DNA from: a virus
Taxonomy: Duplodnaviria; Caudoviricetes
DNA length: 40,523 nucleotides
Strand: one strand, 5' to 3'
Virus record (IMG/VR): IMGVR_UViG_3300048599_000201
Span: 1-40,523 of that record
Positions within the stretch are counted from its first letter, which is position 1. Each line of letters begins with the position of its first letter. Positions 1 to 7,766 of the stretch are shown here, in pieces. Made by a program: the position numbers and the translations under genes. The notes beneath the pieces are model-generated. The model did not search any database and was not told the origin of the DNA. It saw nothing but the letters and a program-made list of their open reading frames with translations.

Positions 1-44
1 GGGGGGTGGGGGCTGTTTTTTAACAAAAACCCCCCCCCCCCCAA
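1..44. repeat. Degenerate copy of the GC-stem/T-A-tract palindromic repeat (family B), cut by the window edge
   Basis: GGGGGGTGGGGGCTGTTTTTT-AAC-AAAAAC-C-run forms an imperfect hairpin like the copies at 5539, 6171, 27941, 28980 and 30751. Confidence 0.5.
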
Positions 45-69
45 TGTCTCCCCGAAAGGACTCTGCATC

Positions 70-501
70 ATGTCCAACAGCACGGCACGGTTTAGTTTTT
101 TCGTTGTTTATCTGGTGTTCTTTGCAGTGAATTTCACGCTGGTCGTGTGGTCATGGCAGCGGTATTACGTGGGCACGGACGGGATGATCGAGCTGTTGAA
201 GGAATTGGTGGCGATCTATGCACCGCAGTTTTCTGTGATCTTGGCGGGTATCTTCGGGAGCCAGAGTGATCGTGAGAGCCTGGCTGCGTTCGTTCCGTAT
301 CTGGCGGGTATCCTGCTGGTTGTGCTGTGGAATGCGAATACCGCCTGGCCGCTGGCGTATTTGTTCTTGAAGGCGGGCCCGCAGGGCATGCCCTTGTCCT
401 GGGCTCTGGATTATTGGAAATCCGCGCCCGTGCTGACAGGGTTCCTGTGCACCGCGGCCTTGACGTTCTTCTTTCTGAAGTCCAGTGGTAGGGAGGTATG
501 A
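70..501 (+). CDS. Hypothetical integral membrane protein (about 4 TM segments)
   Basis: 143 aa, four hydrophobic stretches, AAGGA Shine-Dalgarno (SD) upstream of the ATG. Confidence 0.75.
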   Translation: MSNSTARFSFFVVYLVFFAVNFTLVVWSWQRYYVGTDGMIELLKELVAIYAPQFSVILAGIFGSQSDRESLAAFVPYLAGILLVVLWNANTAWPLAYLFLKAGPQGMPLSWALDYWKSAPVLTGFLCTAALTFFFLKSSGREV

Positions 502-547
502 CGGAAATGCGCGATGTGAAGCCGCTATTGGCAATGTCGGCTCTTTC

Positions 548-1207
548 TTATGGTTTGCTGCCGATTACTATTCTGATTCTGTTCGGTGTATCGTCGACAC
601 TCTGCATGTGTGATGCAGCAATGCCGTCTGACTCGAACGCCTCTATCAACAATTTGGCAGCTCCGATGATTCGATCATCGGACCCTTCCGCATGGGCAAC
701 GATTACACCCTCCACATGTTGTCCGGACGCTACCCAGTTTACGATGGTGACCTCCCATTTTGCCGCCTTCAATACGGAAACTACTTGGTTCGTCAGTGGG
801 ACTACGTCCGGACCGCCTTCAAAAATGCCTCTGACTATCACCGAAGTTCCTGCAAACGGCTCCAGTTTCTCGATCAATTCTTCGGGGCAAGACAAAGACC
901 GCGGTGCTAGTTCTGCTTCAATTCGCAATCTTTCTAATCGTTCTTGTTCTGCCTTTTCGTCCGCGGCGACGGCTCTCTGTTCTGCTGCGGCAATTCTTTT
1001 GTCGGACTCCATCTGGACAATGCCCGCTGCTGTCCTTGATGCATACCATGAGATGAAAGCTGAAATTGCGGCTATGATGCCGGCAACTGCAGGAAGAATT
1101 GATAGAGCGAAGAGAGCTGTCGTAGCGGCTATCACTCCAGCAAGTGCGCCAATCACGTTGGCACGCAAAGATACTGATTCCCAAAAAGATGAAGACTGTT
1201 TCCACAT
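548..1207 (-). CDS. Hypothetical membrane-anchored coiled-coil protein; the only convincing minus-strand gene
   Basis: 219 aa: N-terminal hydrophobic hairpin, coiled coil (KRIAAAEQRAVAADEKAEQERLERLRIE), alpha/beta-like C-terminus; TAAGG SD on the minus strand and AT-rich upstream region. Confidence 0.75.
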   Translation of the reverse strand: MWKQSSSFWESVSLRANVIGALAGVIAATTALFALSILPAVAGIIAAISAFISWYASRTAAGIVQMESDKRIAAAEQRAVAADEKAEQERLERLRIEAELAPRSLSCPEELIEKLEPFAGTSVIVRGIFEGGPDVVPLTNQVVSVLKAAKWEVTIVNWVASGQHVEGVIVAHAEGSDDRIIGAAKLLIEAFESDGIAASHMQSVDDTPNRIRIVIGSKP

Positions 1208-1369
1208 CTCAATCGCCTTACCGTTCTGGTTGGTCGTGTCCTGCTTGATCGTTTTATGGACCCTCGGAATCCTATATATTTACTTCGAAATCAAATTTTT
1301 TAGAATGAAAAAGTTGGCAAGATTGCAGAGTCGCGTTACTCTGGCAGAGCGCGAACGAAAGGAAAACTG

Positions 1370-2137
1370 ATGACTACGCTCATTTCCTCTGAAGAGATCC
1401 TGAAACGGGTCATGGACACCCGCCTGGAGATGCTCCGGACCCTGTCCCAGATGACCATGAACCTGCTCGGGCCGCTGGCTCCAGAGAATGCAGACGAATC
1501 GGACCGGCTGAAAGCGAGGCTCGTAGCGCTGCATACGGCAGCAGCGGAATTCCGCAAACAGGCCCAGTGCTTCGAAGCGGATATCGTGCGGTTCGGAATG
1601 CTGGCGGGAATAGGCGTTTTGGTATCGCCGCACTCTCCGGTGTTTGAATCGCCGGACGGGCGGAGCTGGCGGCAGGTCGAGGAAGAGGATTCGGAACCTG
1701 CCGAGGAGGAATATCCGGTATTGGGGCACTTTAGTTCGTGGTATGATTCCGTGACAGGCAAAGCATCTCCACCGGAAAGCTCACCGAGCTTGCGGCAGAT
1801 CTCGAAGGAGATAGAGGAGCTGCAAATCGGTTATCTGATTCGTGACCTACTGAATGCTAACAGCGACATACCTCCGGGTCGTCTTGTGGCTGCCGTGGAA
1901 ACGGAGATTCATGTGTATTTGAGACATCTCAAGGATAGCCAGCTCATCTACGATTTCGGGTGGCTGCCAGAGAGTCCTGAACAGTATGTTAAAAGCGTGT
2001 TCATCGCATACAACCCCAGTATGGAATGCACGGGCTGGCTGTTCGGGATCGACACGGAGGGCCGGCCGTTCGTCAAATTCACGAAATTCGCGGGGCCGGC
2101 TCCCTATGAAAAACAATGGCAGGATCTGCCGGCATAG
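1370..2137 (+). CDS. Hypothetical protein
   Basis: 255 aa, AAGGA SD, natural composition. Confidence 0.75.
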   Translation: MTTLISSEEILKRVMDTRLEMLRTLSQMTMNLLGPLAPENADESDRLKARLVALHTAAAEFRKQAQCFEADIVRFGMLAGIGVLVSPHSPVFESPDGRSWRQVEEEDSEPAEEEYPVLGHFSSWYDSVTGKASPPESSPSLRQISKEIEELQIGYLIRDLLNANSDIPPGRLVAAVETEIHVYLRHLKDSQLIYDFGWLPESPEQYVKSVFIAYNPSMECTGWLFGIDTEGRPFVKFTKFAGPAPYEKQWQDLPA

Positions 2138-2139
2138 GA

Positions 2140-2177
2140 GAAGCAACAAATGTCCCCTGCAGAAAAACATGAGATCA
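2140..2177 (+). repeat. Direct repeat C, copy 1 (ribosome-binding region plus first codons)
   Basis: GAAGCAACAAATGTCCCCTGC (21 bp) is identical to 2772-2792, with similarity continuing to GAGATCA. Confidence 0.85.
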
Positions 2178-2770
2178 GCCCCCGCCAGATGAAAGAGGAA
2201 GCCATCGGGGAGTGGCTCTGTTTTCAGTTCAAGCGCCTGGGGTTGACGTGGTGGCGTCTCGGATGCCGTGTTTTCGGTCGCCCGAATAGGATGCTGCTCA
2301 TCTATGATGTCTCGGATTTCTCTGACAGCGCAGTGCTTCCGTTAATGCAGTGGCGTGATCTTCTGGACTCGCTCCCGGACAATCTTGGGGACCATGGGTT
2401 TTGGCAGCATCCGCGAATTCAGGACGACACAGCAGATGTGCCATACTATTATCGCTTTGAAGGATTCCCGCGCGATCTCATCGTGTCTGAGGAATGGTTT
2501 GAGAATCTCGTCATATCGGAAAAGATAGACCTGATCGACTTCGATATTTCCCCTCTTTCCTATGTCGTCACAGAAGATCGCTGGCTGGGGGAAGATTTGG
2601 CGGATATGCTCCTAGAGCCGCTCGGTAAGAGGGGCCATTATACAACGAGAGAAATAGATCCGAGAGAAGAATCGGCATGGGAGCTGCCCGGTCCTTGCCC
2701 ACCAAAATGCTGGGACGACATGGAAGAGCTGAAAAACACCGTTCTGAATGAGGCGGAAATTCAGAAATAA
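2150..2770 (+). CDS. Hypothetical acidic protein
   Basis: 206 aa, AGGAG SD, 12 bp after the previous stop. Confidence 0.75.
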   Translation: MSPAEKHEISPRQMKEEAIGEWLCFQFKRLGLTWWRLGCRVFGRPNRMLLIYDVSDFSDSAVLPLMQWRDLLDSLPDNLGDHGFWQHPRIQDDTADVPYYYRFEGFPRDLIVSEEWFENLVISEKIDLIDFDISPLSYVVTEDRWLGEDLADMLLEPLGKRGHYTTREIDPREESAWELPGPCPPKCWDDMEELKNTVLNEAEIQK

Positions 2771-2771
2771 G

Positions 2772-2809
2772 GAAGCAACAAATGTCCCCTGCGAGAAAAT
2801 ACGAGATCA
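2772..2809 (+). repeat. Direct repeat C, copy 2
   Basis: Matches 2140-2177; the two genes begin MSPAEKHEI and MSPARKYEI. Confidence 0.85.
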
Positions 2810-3099
2810 AGAGCAGCATGGGCCGAGACATCGCATGGGTTGAGCGGTGCAAAAGGGCGCTCCTGTCGCCGTACGGCGTTGCTCCATTTGCCACATCGCG
2901 AGAAGCGGAGATGGAGCGGCTGTCCAGCATGATTGAGACCATGCACAATGCAAAAGCCGGCATCGGTGGACATCCGGGGATATCCTTCGAGTGCGAAGCT
3001 GCCCGGCATGGCTCCAGGCGATCAAAATGGAACCACGAACACTGGCGCAGACGTGTTATTCATCAAATGGCCAAGCACTTGGCAAGGGAGGATCTGTGA
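2782..3099 (+). CDS. Hypothetical basic protein
   Basis: 105 aa, TAAGGA SD, shares its N-terminus with 2150..2770. Confidence 0.7.
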   Translation: MSPARKYEIKSSMGRDIAWVERCKRALLSPYGVAPFATSREAEMERLSSMIETMHNAKAGIGGHPGISFECEAARHGSRRSKWNHEHWRRRVIHQMAKHLAREDL

Positions 3100-3101
3100 C
3101 A

Positions 3102-3455
3102 ATGAGTGGAGAGCAGCCCACCAAGGAATGGCGCACAACCATTCGCCTGAAGTTTCCTGCTGAATCCAAGGACTGGAACGCAGAGCAATTTCGAGAGTGG
3201 ATTTCGGAGCGGTGCAGAGAGCGCCTTGACGAAATGGGGGTGCCTCGAGGGGTTGCCGAACAATACAGCCTGCACATGGCGCAATGGGCATCTGAAGCCA
3301 TTGATCTGGGGATTCGTGACGGCGGTACATACCATTCCATAGCGATGCCGGTGTCTATCGGTTATTTCGCAGACAGAGCCGCTATAGCGTATGCGCCCTT
3401 TTACGCGCGAATGGAAGAAAAGAGCGAGTTGAATGAGGTCCCGCCAGATGCCTGA
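3102..3455 (+). CDS. Hypothetical protein (start moved from 2991 to ATG 3102)
   Basis: GGAGG SD upstream of ATG 3102, which lies 2 bp after the previous stop; MSGEQPTKEW... Confidence 0.7.
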   Translation: MSGEQPTKEWRTTIRLKFPAESKDWNAEQFREWISERCRERLDEMGVPRGVAEQYSLHMAQWASEAIDLGIRDGGTYHSIAMPVSIGYFADRAAIAYAPFYARMEEKSELNEVPPDA

Positions 3456-3512
3456 AGAATCGCTCGATCTCCACGATGACGCAAATGGCTCGCAGGTCAA
3501 TGTGAGGAGCGC

Positions 3513-3689
3513 TTGACGGAGAAGCTTATCAGCGACATCATCACGGGCGTGCGCCCCTGCAAGTACATCGAATTCGAGCTGGGCGTCATGAAGTCAGGAG
3601 AGGAATTTAAGGAATACAAGGAATTGAAGGACATCCTTGACGACAGAAAACAGCCCACGGGCCGAAAGGATTTGAACAATGGCCAATGA
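3513..3689 (+). CDS. Small ORF or gene remnant (58 aa) paralogous to the C-terminus of 4014..4535; not in the ORF track
   Basis: TTG start close to GAGGAG; encodes ...CKYIEFELGVMKSGEEFKEYKELKDILDDRKQP, versus CDHIEFELGVAKPGESFEGYRELKDILDDGKQP in the paralog. Confidence 0.5.
   Translation: MTEKLISDIITGVRPCKYIEFELGVMKSGEEFKEYKELKDILDDRKQPTGRKDLNNGQ
3565..3655 (+). repeat. Direct repeat D, copy 1 (~91 bp)
   Basis: ACATCGAATTCGAGCTGGGCGTC...GAATTGAAGGACATCCTTGACGAC(A/G)GAAAACAGCC also occurs at 4438-4528. Confidence 0.9.
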
Positions 3690-4017
3690 CTGGACGATAG
3701 TGGATCTATCGGACAAGATAGACTTTAACAAGATAGAGATGGACGCTGCAGCGGACCATTTCCGGGCATGTATGGCCATCCTTGAGCCAGGGAGGGAATT
3801 TCCCATAGCCTTCAAAGAACGAGAGGGCGATATGGGCAATCGGTATATCGCAACAGTCCCCGTCACGTGGACAAGCCCTAAGCCGCATTGTGCCGTGCAA
3901 ATCACATGCGACAGAGGGGGGATCGATCTCGAAATATTCTGTTCGAGACGTGAACTCGTCGAAAAAATCCTTCGGCTCATCAAGGAGGACGCACAGAAGG
4001 AGGATGAACGGACATGA
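3679..4017 (+). CDS. Hypothetical protein
   Basis: 112 aa, AAGGA SD, ATGA overlap with the next gene. Confidence 0.7.
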   Translation: MANDWTIVDLSDKIDFNKIEMDAAADHFRACMAILEPGREFPIAFKEREGDMGNRYIATVPVTWTSPKPHCAVQITCDRGGIDLEIFCSRRELVEKILRLIKEDAQKEDERT

Positions 4018-4535
4018 AAATGATTGAGATTCCAGAGATAGGCTGGGAGGGGCATCTCGCGGCAGCCGTCCGCGATGCAGACGACGAAACAGTTATTGTC
4101 GTTGATACGGAAGAAAAGAAATTGTTGGCGTTCGCTGCCGCAGAACGATTGGGAAAGACGATTACAGCCCGTGTCGGTAGCGTGGTGAGCGAAGAGGATT
4201 TCAACAAAGGCTTCGAATGGGCAGACCAACTGAGAGAACGCGCGAAACAGACCGGTTGCAGCACGTTCATCGGTGACCATCCCGTCGCTGATGACGATAG
4301 GGTTGTGGCTCGTATGATCGGAGAAGTCGATCAAGGAACGGGAGAGTTCATCCCGCACAAGTTCGTGGGATATGACATTTACAACAAAGACGGACAATTG
4401 ATCAAATCGATTAGGGAACATCCACAGCGATGCGATCACATCGAATTCGAGCTGGGCGTCGCGAAGCCCGGAGAGAGTTTCGAGGGATACAGAGAATTGA
4501 AGGACATCCTTGACGACGGAAAACAGCCTGTGTAG
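4014..4535 (+). CDS. Hypothetical acidic protein
   Basis: 173 aa, AGGAGG SD; its stop codon is the TAG of the adjacent GTAG REP. Confidence 0.75.
   Translation: MKMIEIPEIGWEGHLAAAVRDADDETVIVVDTEEKKLLAFAAAERLGKTITARVGSVVSEEDFNKGFEWADQLRERAKQTGCSTFIGDHPVADDDRVVARMIGEVDQGTGEFIPHKFVGYDIYNKDGQLIKSIREHPQRCDHIEFELGVAKPGESFEGYRELKDILDDGKQPV
4438..4528 (+). repeat. Direct repeat D, copy 2
   Basis: Matches 3565-3655. Confidence 0.9.
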
Positions 4536-4621
4536 GGGCGTGTCTTGTTTGCGCCCCTGATACGCCGGCACGGCGGCCGGTTGCTACCAAAGGCAGGGCA
4601 GGCACGAGACCTGCCCCTACA
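4531..4621. repeat. GTAG-family REP doublet (REPIN-like), copy 1
   Basis: TGTAGGGGC...GCCCCTACA inverted ends; each half is GTAG followed by a GC hairpin (GGGGCG..CGCCCC; GGGCAGG..CCTGCCC). Confidence 0.8.
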
Positions 4622-4624
4622 TGC

Positions 4625-4874
4625 CAAATAGCCTGCCTACCTGTTAGTTTGCGCAAAATCGCAAACTGACCCTTCGCAAGCATAAATATCCTACCATTAC
4701 ACTGTAGTTTTCTACTCTTTTTGTGAACCCGGTCATTCACCTCGGTCATTCAACTGCGTCATTTTTCCCGAATCCCGAAATACGGCATACAGGGGGGGAA
4801 GCGACAACCAAACCTACCATTCCTGCCCGTGAGTGCGACGCGCGCACTTACGGGGAATTTTTCGGGAGGAACTC
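4625..4874 (+). promoter_or_regulatory. Probable late-operon promoter/leader
   Basis: Largest non-coding gap, AT-richer, upstream of ~35 kb of co-directional lysis and virion genes; GTCATT at 4732, 4745 and 4758; hairpin at 4826-4854. No canonical -35/-10 pair assigned. Confidence 0.5.
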
Positions 4875-5507
4875 ATGTCACTCAGCCGTTCGAAACGAGG
4901 AGGTATACGCCATGAGATAAATACCTTCATTCTGTGGTTCCTCATCGCTGCGGTAGCGGCACTGGCCGTATTCCTTCCAGCGCCGGGCCAGGCCCAAACG
5001 GGATTCGGCGACACCCTCGTTACGGAGGTCGACGGCCTCCCCGCATCATTCGGCGCTCTCCCTCCCCCGGGGTTTGACCAGGCCAAGAACATCTTCGGAG
5101 TGTTCAGCCTGCTCACGCCCGTCACTGAACCTGCACCAGCCGTCGCCGAATCAGCCTCTGCCGCAGATGGGGAATCGTTCCTGAGCCTCAGCGATGAAGA
5201 GCACGCAAAACTGAGAGAATTCCTCGGGAATCCCGGTAAAACACTCACCGACGACGAATACGGGCAGCTCAAACGACTGCTGAGCAATTCCGCTGCAGCG
5301 CCGCTGCAAGTTGCCCTCACCAATACAGCCGTTAGGGCCACGAACGTCCTGATCGTGGGAATGGCCTGGATCGCATTCCTGCTCATACTCCGACGCATGT
5401 TCAATTACTGGTTCGACAAGGACCTGTGGGATGACAAAACAGCCTCAACAGTCACCGTTGGGATCTTGCTGGTCTGCAGCGCCTATCTGCTGGGAGCGTG
5501 TGTGTGA
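4875..5507 (+). CDS. Membrane protein with N-terminal signal/TM and two C-terminal TMs; possible holin or lysis accessory
   Basis: GGAGGA SD before ATG 4875 (preferred to 4833); hydrophobic segments; first gene before the hydrolase. Confidence 0.6.
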   Translation: MSLSRSKRGGIRHEINTFILWFLIAAVAALAVFLPAPGQAQTGFGDTLVTEVDGLPASFGALPPPGFDQAKNIFGVFSLLTPVTEPAPAVAESASAADGESFLSLSDEEHAKLREFLGNPGKTLTDDEYGQLKRLLSNSAAAPLQVALTNTAVRATNVLIVGMAWIAFLLILRRMFNYWFDKDLWDDKTASTVTVGILLVCSAYLLGACV

Positions 5508-6154
5508 TGAGAATGAGCGGGCAAAGAGAAAAGACTTTGGGGAACCCTTCTTTGTGTAAAGAAGGGTTCCCCAGGCCCCTCCCAAGAAACGCTAATATTT
5601 TCCCGAATACTCAGCTCGCCTGCGGCGAAACGAGTCTTCGGGAAACCGTTGGCCACAGCAGAAGAGCAATCACCATCATCGTGTGCGTGATAACCGCAGC
5701 GATACTCCTGGCGTCATCGGCAGAGGCATACACAGGCCGCAGGGCAGTGCTCAAAGCCCGGGGCGATCTGATGCTGGCGGAAAATGCGCCCTACATTTGG
5801 GGCAAAGCGGACTGTTCTGCGCAGATGTGGAAACTCCTAAACGATCTCTGGCCAGAACTGAAATTGGCAAAATGGTTCAAGCGCACAACGGCTGAAGCAA
5901 TGGCAGGATGGCCGTGGCCCCCGCTTTTGAGCCTCGATGACACCGACTTCGGTGACCTCCTGTTTGCCAACAGCACTGAAGATGATCCGGCCAACAGAGC
6001 GCCGCGAGAACAGTTCAGGATCAAGCACGTGATGATGACCTGGGATGAGCCGGAAACGGCCATCCACGCCGGTAAGAAGCGAGGATTCTCGAAGACGAAC
6101 CTGAAGCCCTTCTGGCGACCTCGGATCAATCTGGCGATTAGACCGCCGTATTAG
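5507..6154 (+). CDS. NlpC/P60-family peptidoglycan endopeptidase (putative endolysin) with a signal-like segment
   Basis: PYIWG-x-x-DCS (catalytic Cys), GDLLF, KHV (His), IHA; RRAITIIVCVITAAILLASSAEA; ATG overlaps the upstream stop (TGATG); start uncertain. Confidence 0.75.
   Translation: MRMSGQREKTLGNPSLCKEGFPRPLPRNANIFPNTQLACGETSLRETVGHSRRAITIIVCVITAAILLASSAEAYTGRRAVLKARGDLMLAENAPYIWGKADCSAQMWKLLNDLWPELKLAKWFKRTTAEAMAGWPWPPLLSLDDTDFGDLLFANSTEDDPANRAPREQFRIKHVMMTWDEPETAIHAGKKRGFSKTNLKPFWRPRINLAIRPPY
5519..5645 (+). repeat. Family B double-hairpin repeat inside the 5' end of the NlpC/P60 ORF
   Basis: GGGGAACCCTTCTTT-GTGT-AAAGAAGGGTTCCCC, tail AGGCCCCTCCCAAGAAACGCTAA, second stem TTTCCCGAA...TTCGGGAAA. 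Confidence 0.85.
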
Positions 6155-6170
6155 GGGGGAAAGGCAAATT

Positions 6171-6287
6171 CGGGGAGGGGCTTTTTACAAAAAGCCCCTC
6201 CCCGAGCCCCTCCTCAAAAACTTTTAACCTTCTCCGGAATCGACTGGTTTTCCTTCGGAAAAACCCGATTCCGGAGAAAAGTTCGCC
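6171..6287 (+). repeat. Family B double-hairpin repeat
   Basis: CGGGGAGGGGCTTTTT-AC-AAAAAGCCCCTCCCCG, tail AGCCCCTCCTCAAAAACTTTTAA, second stem TTCTCCGGAATCG...CGATTCCGGAGAA. Confidence 0.9.
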
Positions 6288-6307
6288 TGAAATCGAAGGG
6301 TAGAACA

Positions 6308-6532
6308 ATGAAGACAGCAGCATTCATCGGCGTGATCTTGGCCCTAGTCATGACAGGCTGTGCATCCACACAGCCCGCAACGAAACAGGCGAGTGGACCG
6401 AACGGATTCGAGAACATGGGACTGGTGCGGCAGATGTCCTGCTACTCCTGCCTGAAACCGGCAAACGAAACGGAAGCCGTCTATCTGCGGACGCTCCGGG
6501 ACACGCTCAACAGGATGCTCGGAGATAAATAA
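6308..6532 (+). CDS. Small lipoprotein (o-spanin-like by position)
   Basis: 74 aa with a type II signal peptide and lipobox-like MTG-C; follows the endolysin candidate. Confidence 0.65.
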   Translation: MKTAAFIGVILALVMTGCASTQPATKQASGPNGFENMGLVRQMSCYSCLKPANETEAVYLRTLRDTLNRMLGDK

Positions 6533-6558
6533 ACGGCAACATATCGGAGGAAATCGCA

Positions 6559-7326
6559 ATGCTCGCATGGCTCTTACTAATCCTGACGAAACTCGTGTGG
6601 TGGCTCATCCCGAAACTCGCTGAGTCTCTCGTGGACGCCATCGGCAAATGCCTGATGGCTGTGCAGTACGCAGAAAGCATCGAAAACGAGGCGGAACGCC
6701 GGCTGTTCGTCATGAACTCCCTCGGAGCTTACAGCACGATCCCGGAACCGATCCGAAGGTTCATCGTCGAGGCCTGCGTGATCCTGTTCAAATTGGGCAT
6801 AACCGCAGAACACCTGGAAAAGATGGAAGAGCTGGTCGGTTACGAAGAGACCTGGGCCGACATCCGCACGAGCGACGAACGGAGAAACGCGGCCCTCAAG
6901 AAATTTGCCGAGCTGTTTCCCAACCTGCCGGAACGCATGGGCCGATTACTCCTGGAAATCGCTGTCCTGAAAGTGAAAGCGGCATTCGGTAGCGGCAATA
7001 CGGCAGTGCAAAACCGGACAGAAAAACTCGATGCCGAAGGCTATTTCGGCCTTGCCCCGGACGGCTGCCTGGTTGCGCACAATGACGGCGAGGAGATCAT
7101 CACGGACAAAGGTGAGGTCCTCCGGTTCATCGCAGCAGATCAGACCTGGGAAGAGATCGGATCTGTCGATCCAGGAGCACTGCAATTTACCGTAGAAGTC
7201 CCCATTGGTGGCGAAAAGATCTTCCATGTCTCGATCAAGGGCGGGTCAGTCAGAGCGCTAAAATTTGTTTGGGATGGCTCAGTGTGGCAACTCCATCCCG
7301 ATGAGCCCAAAGGAGCCGCCGAATGA
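6559..7326 (+). CDS. Membrane-anchored protein with two tandem LL-H-holin-like helical repeats
   Basis: GGAGG SD; N-terminal TM; repeats ERRLFVM..IPEPIRRFIVEACVILFK and ERRNAAL..LPERMGRLLLEIAVLKVK. Confidence 0.55.
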   Translation: MLAWLLLILTKLVWWLIPKLAESLVDAIGKCLMAVQYAESIENEAERRLFVMNSLGAYSTIPEPIRRFIVEACVILFKLGITAEHLEKMEELVGYEETWADIRTSDERRNAALKKFAELFPNLPERMGRLLLEIAVLKVKAAFGSGNTAVQNRTEKLDAEGYFGLAPDGCLVAHNDGEEIITDKGEVLRFIAADQTWEEIGSVDPGALQFTVEVPIGGEKIFHVSIKGGSVRALKFVWDGSVWQLHPDEPKGAAE

Positions 7327-7766
7327 TCCCGGACGTCGGTGCGGGCACGCCGTGGACTGCCCTCTGGTTTATCGCAGCGCTGTTTCTCCTGGCGCTCACG
7401 CTGATCAGTGGAGTGACCCTGACCATATTCAACCGGGCACTGCAGAAGCGGGATACCGCCGATGACGAGCGGGATGGAAAGATCTCGAAACTCGAAGAGC
7501 AGATCCGGACGGTGCAGATCGAAGGACTCAGACGGAACAACGAGCATCAAGAGCGCATCCACAAGCTGCAGATCAACATGATGGAATGCCGGACCCAGCA
7601 ATGCACTATCCAGGGCAATCTCATCACCCGCGAGGAACATCATGGCGATCAGTTGCGGCTGCAGGACGTGATCAAGGCGAGCAACGCCGAAGTCATGGGA
7701 GCGATCAACGTGTTGCATCGCCGCATTGACACCTATTTCGGAAACACCGAGGCGAAAACAAAATGA
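7323..7766 (+). CDS. TM plus coiled-coil protein (Mu gp25-like by architecture and position)
   Basis: 147 aa, one N-terminal TM then a coiled coil; precedes gp26- and gp27-like genes; ATGA overlaps at both ends. Confidence 0.6.
   Translation: MIPDVGAGTPWTALWFIAALFLLALTLISGVTLTIFNRALQKRDTADDERDGKISKLEEQIRTVQIEGLRRNNEHQERIHKLQINMMECRTQQCTIQGNLITREEHHGDQLRLQDVIKASNAEVMGAINVLHRRIDTYFGNTEAKTK

Noticed and set aside
30-42. 13-C homopolymer as a phase-variation tract
   Set aside because: Non-coding, part of a repeat stem at the window edge, and may include sequencing error
3594-4571. 325-aa minus-strand ORF with an internal repeat
   Set aside because: Starts within a REP and shadows + genes that have good SDs; its repeat is just direct repeat D
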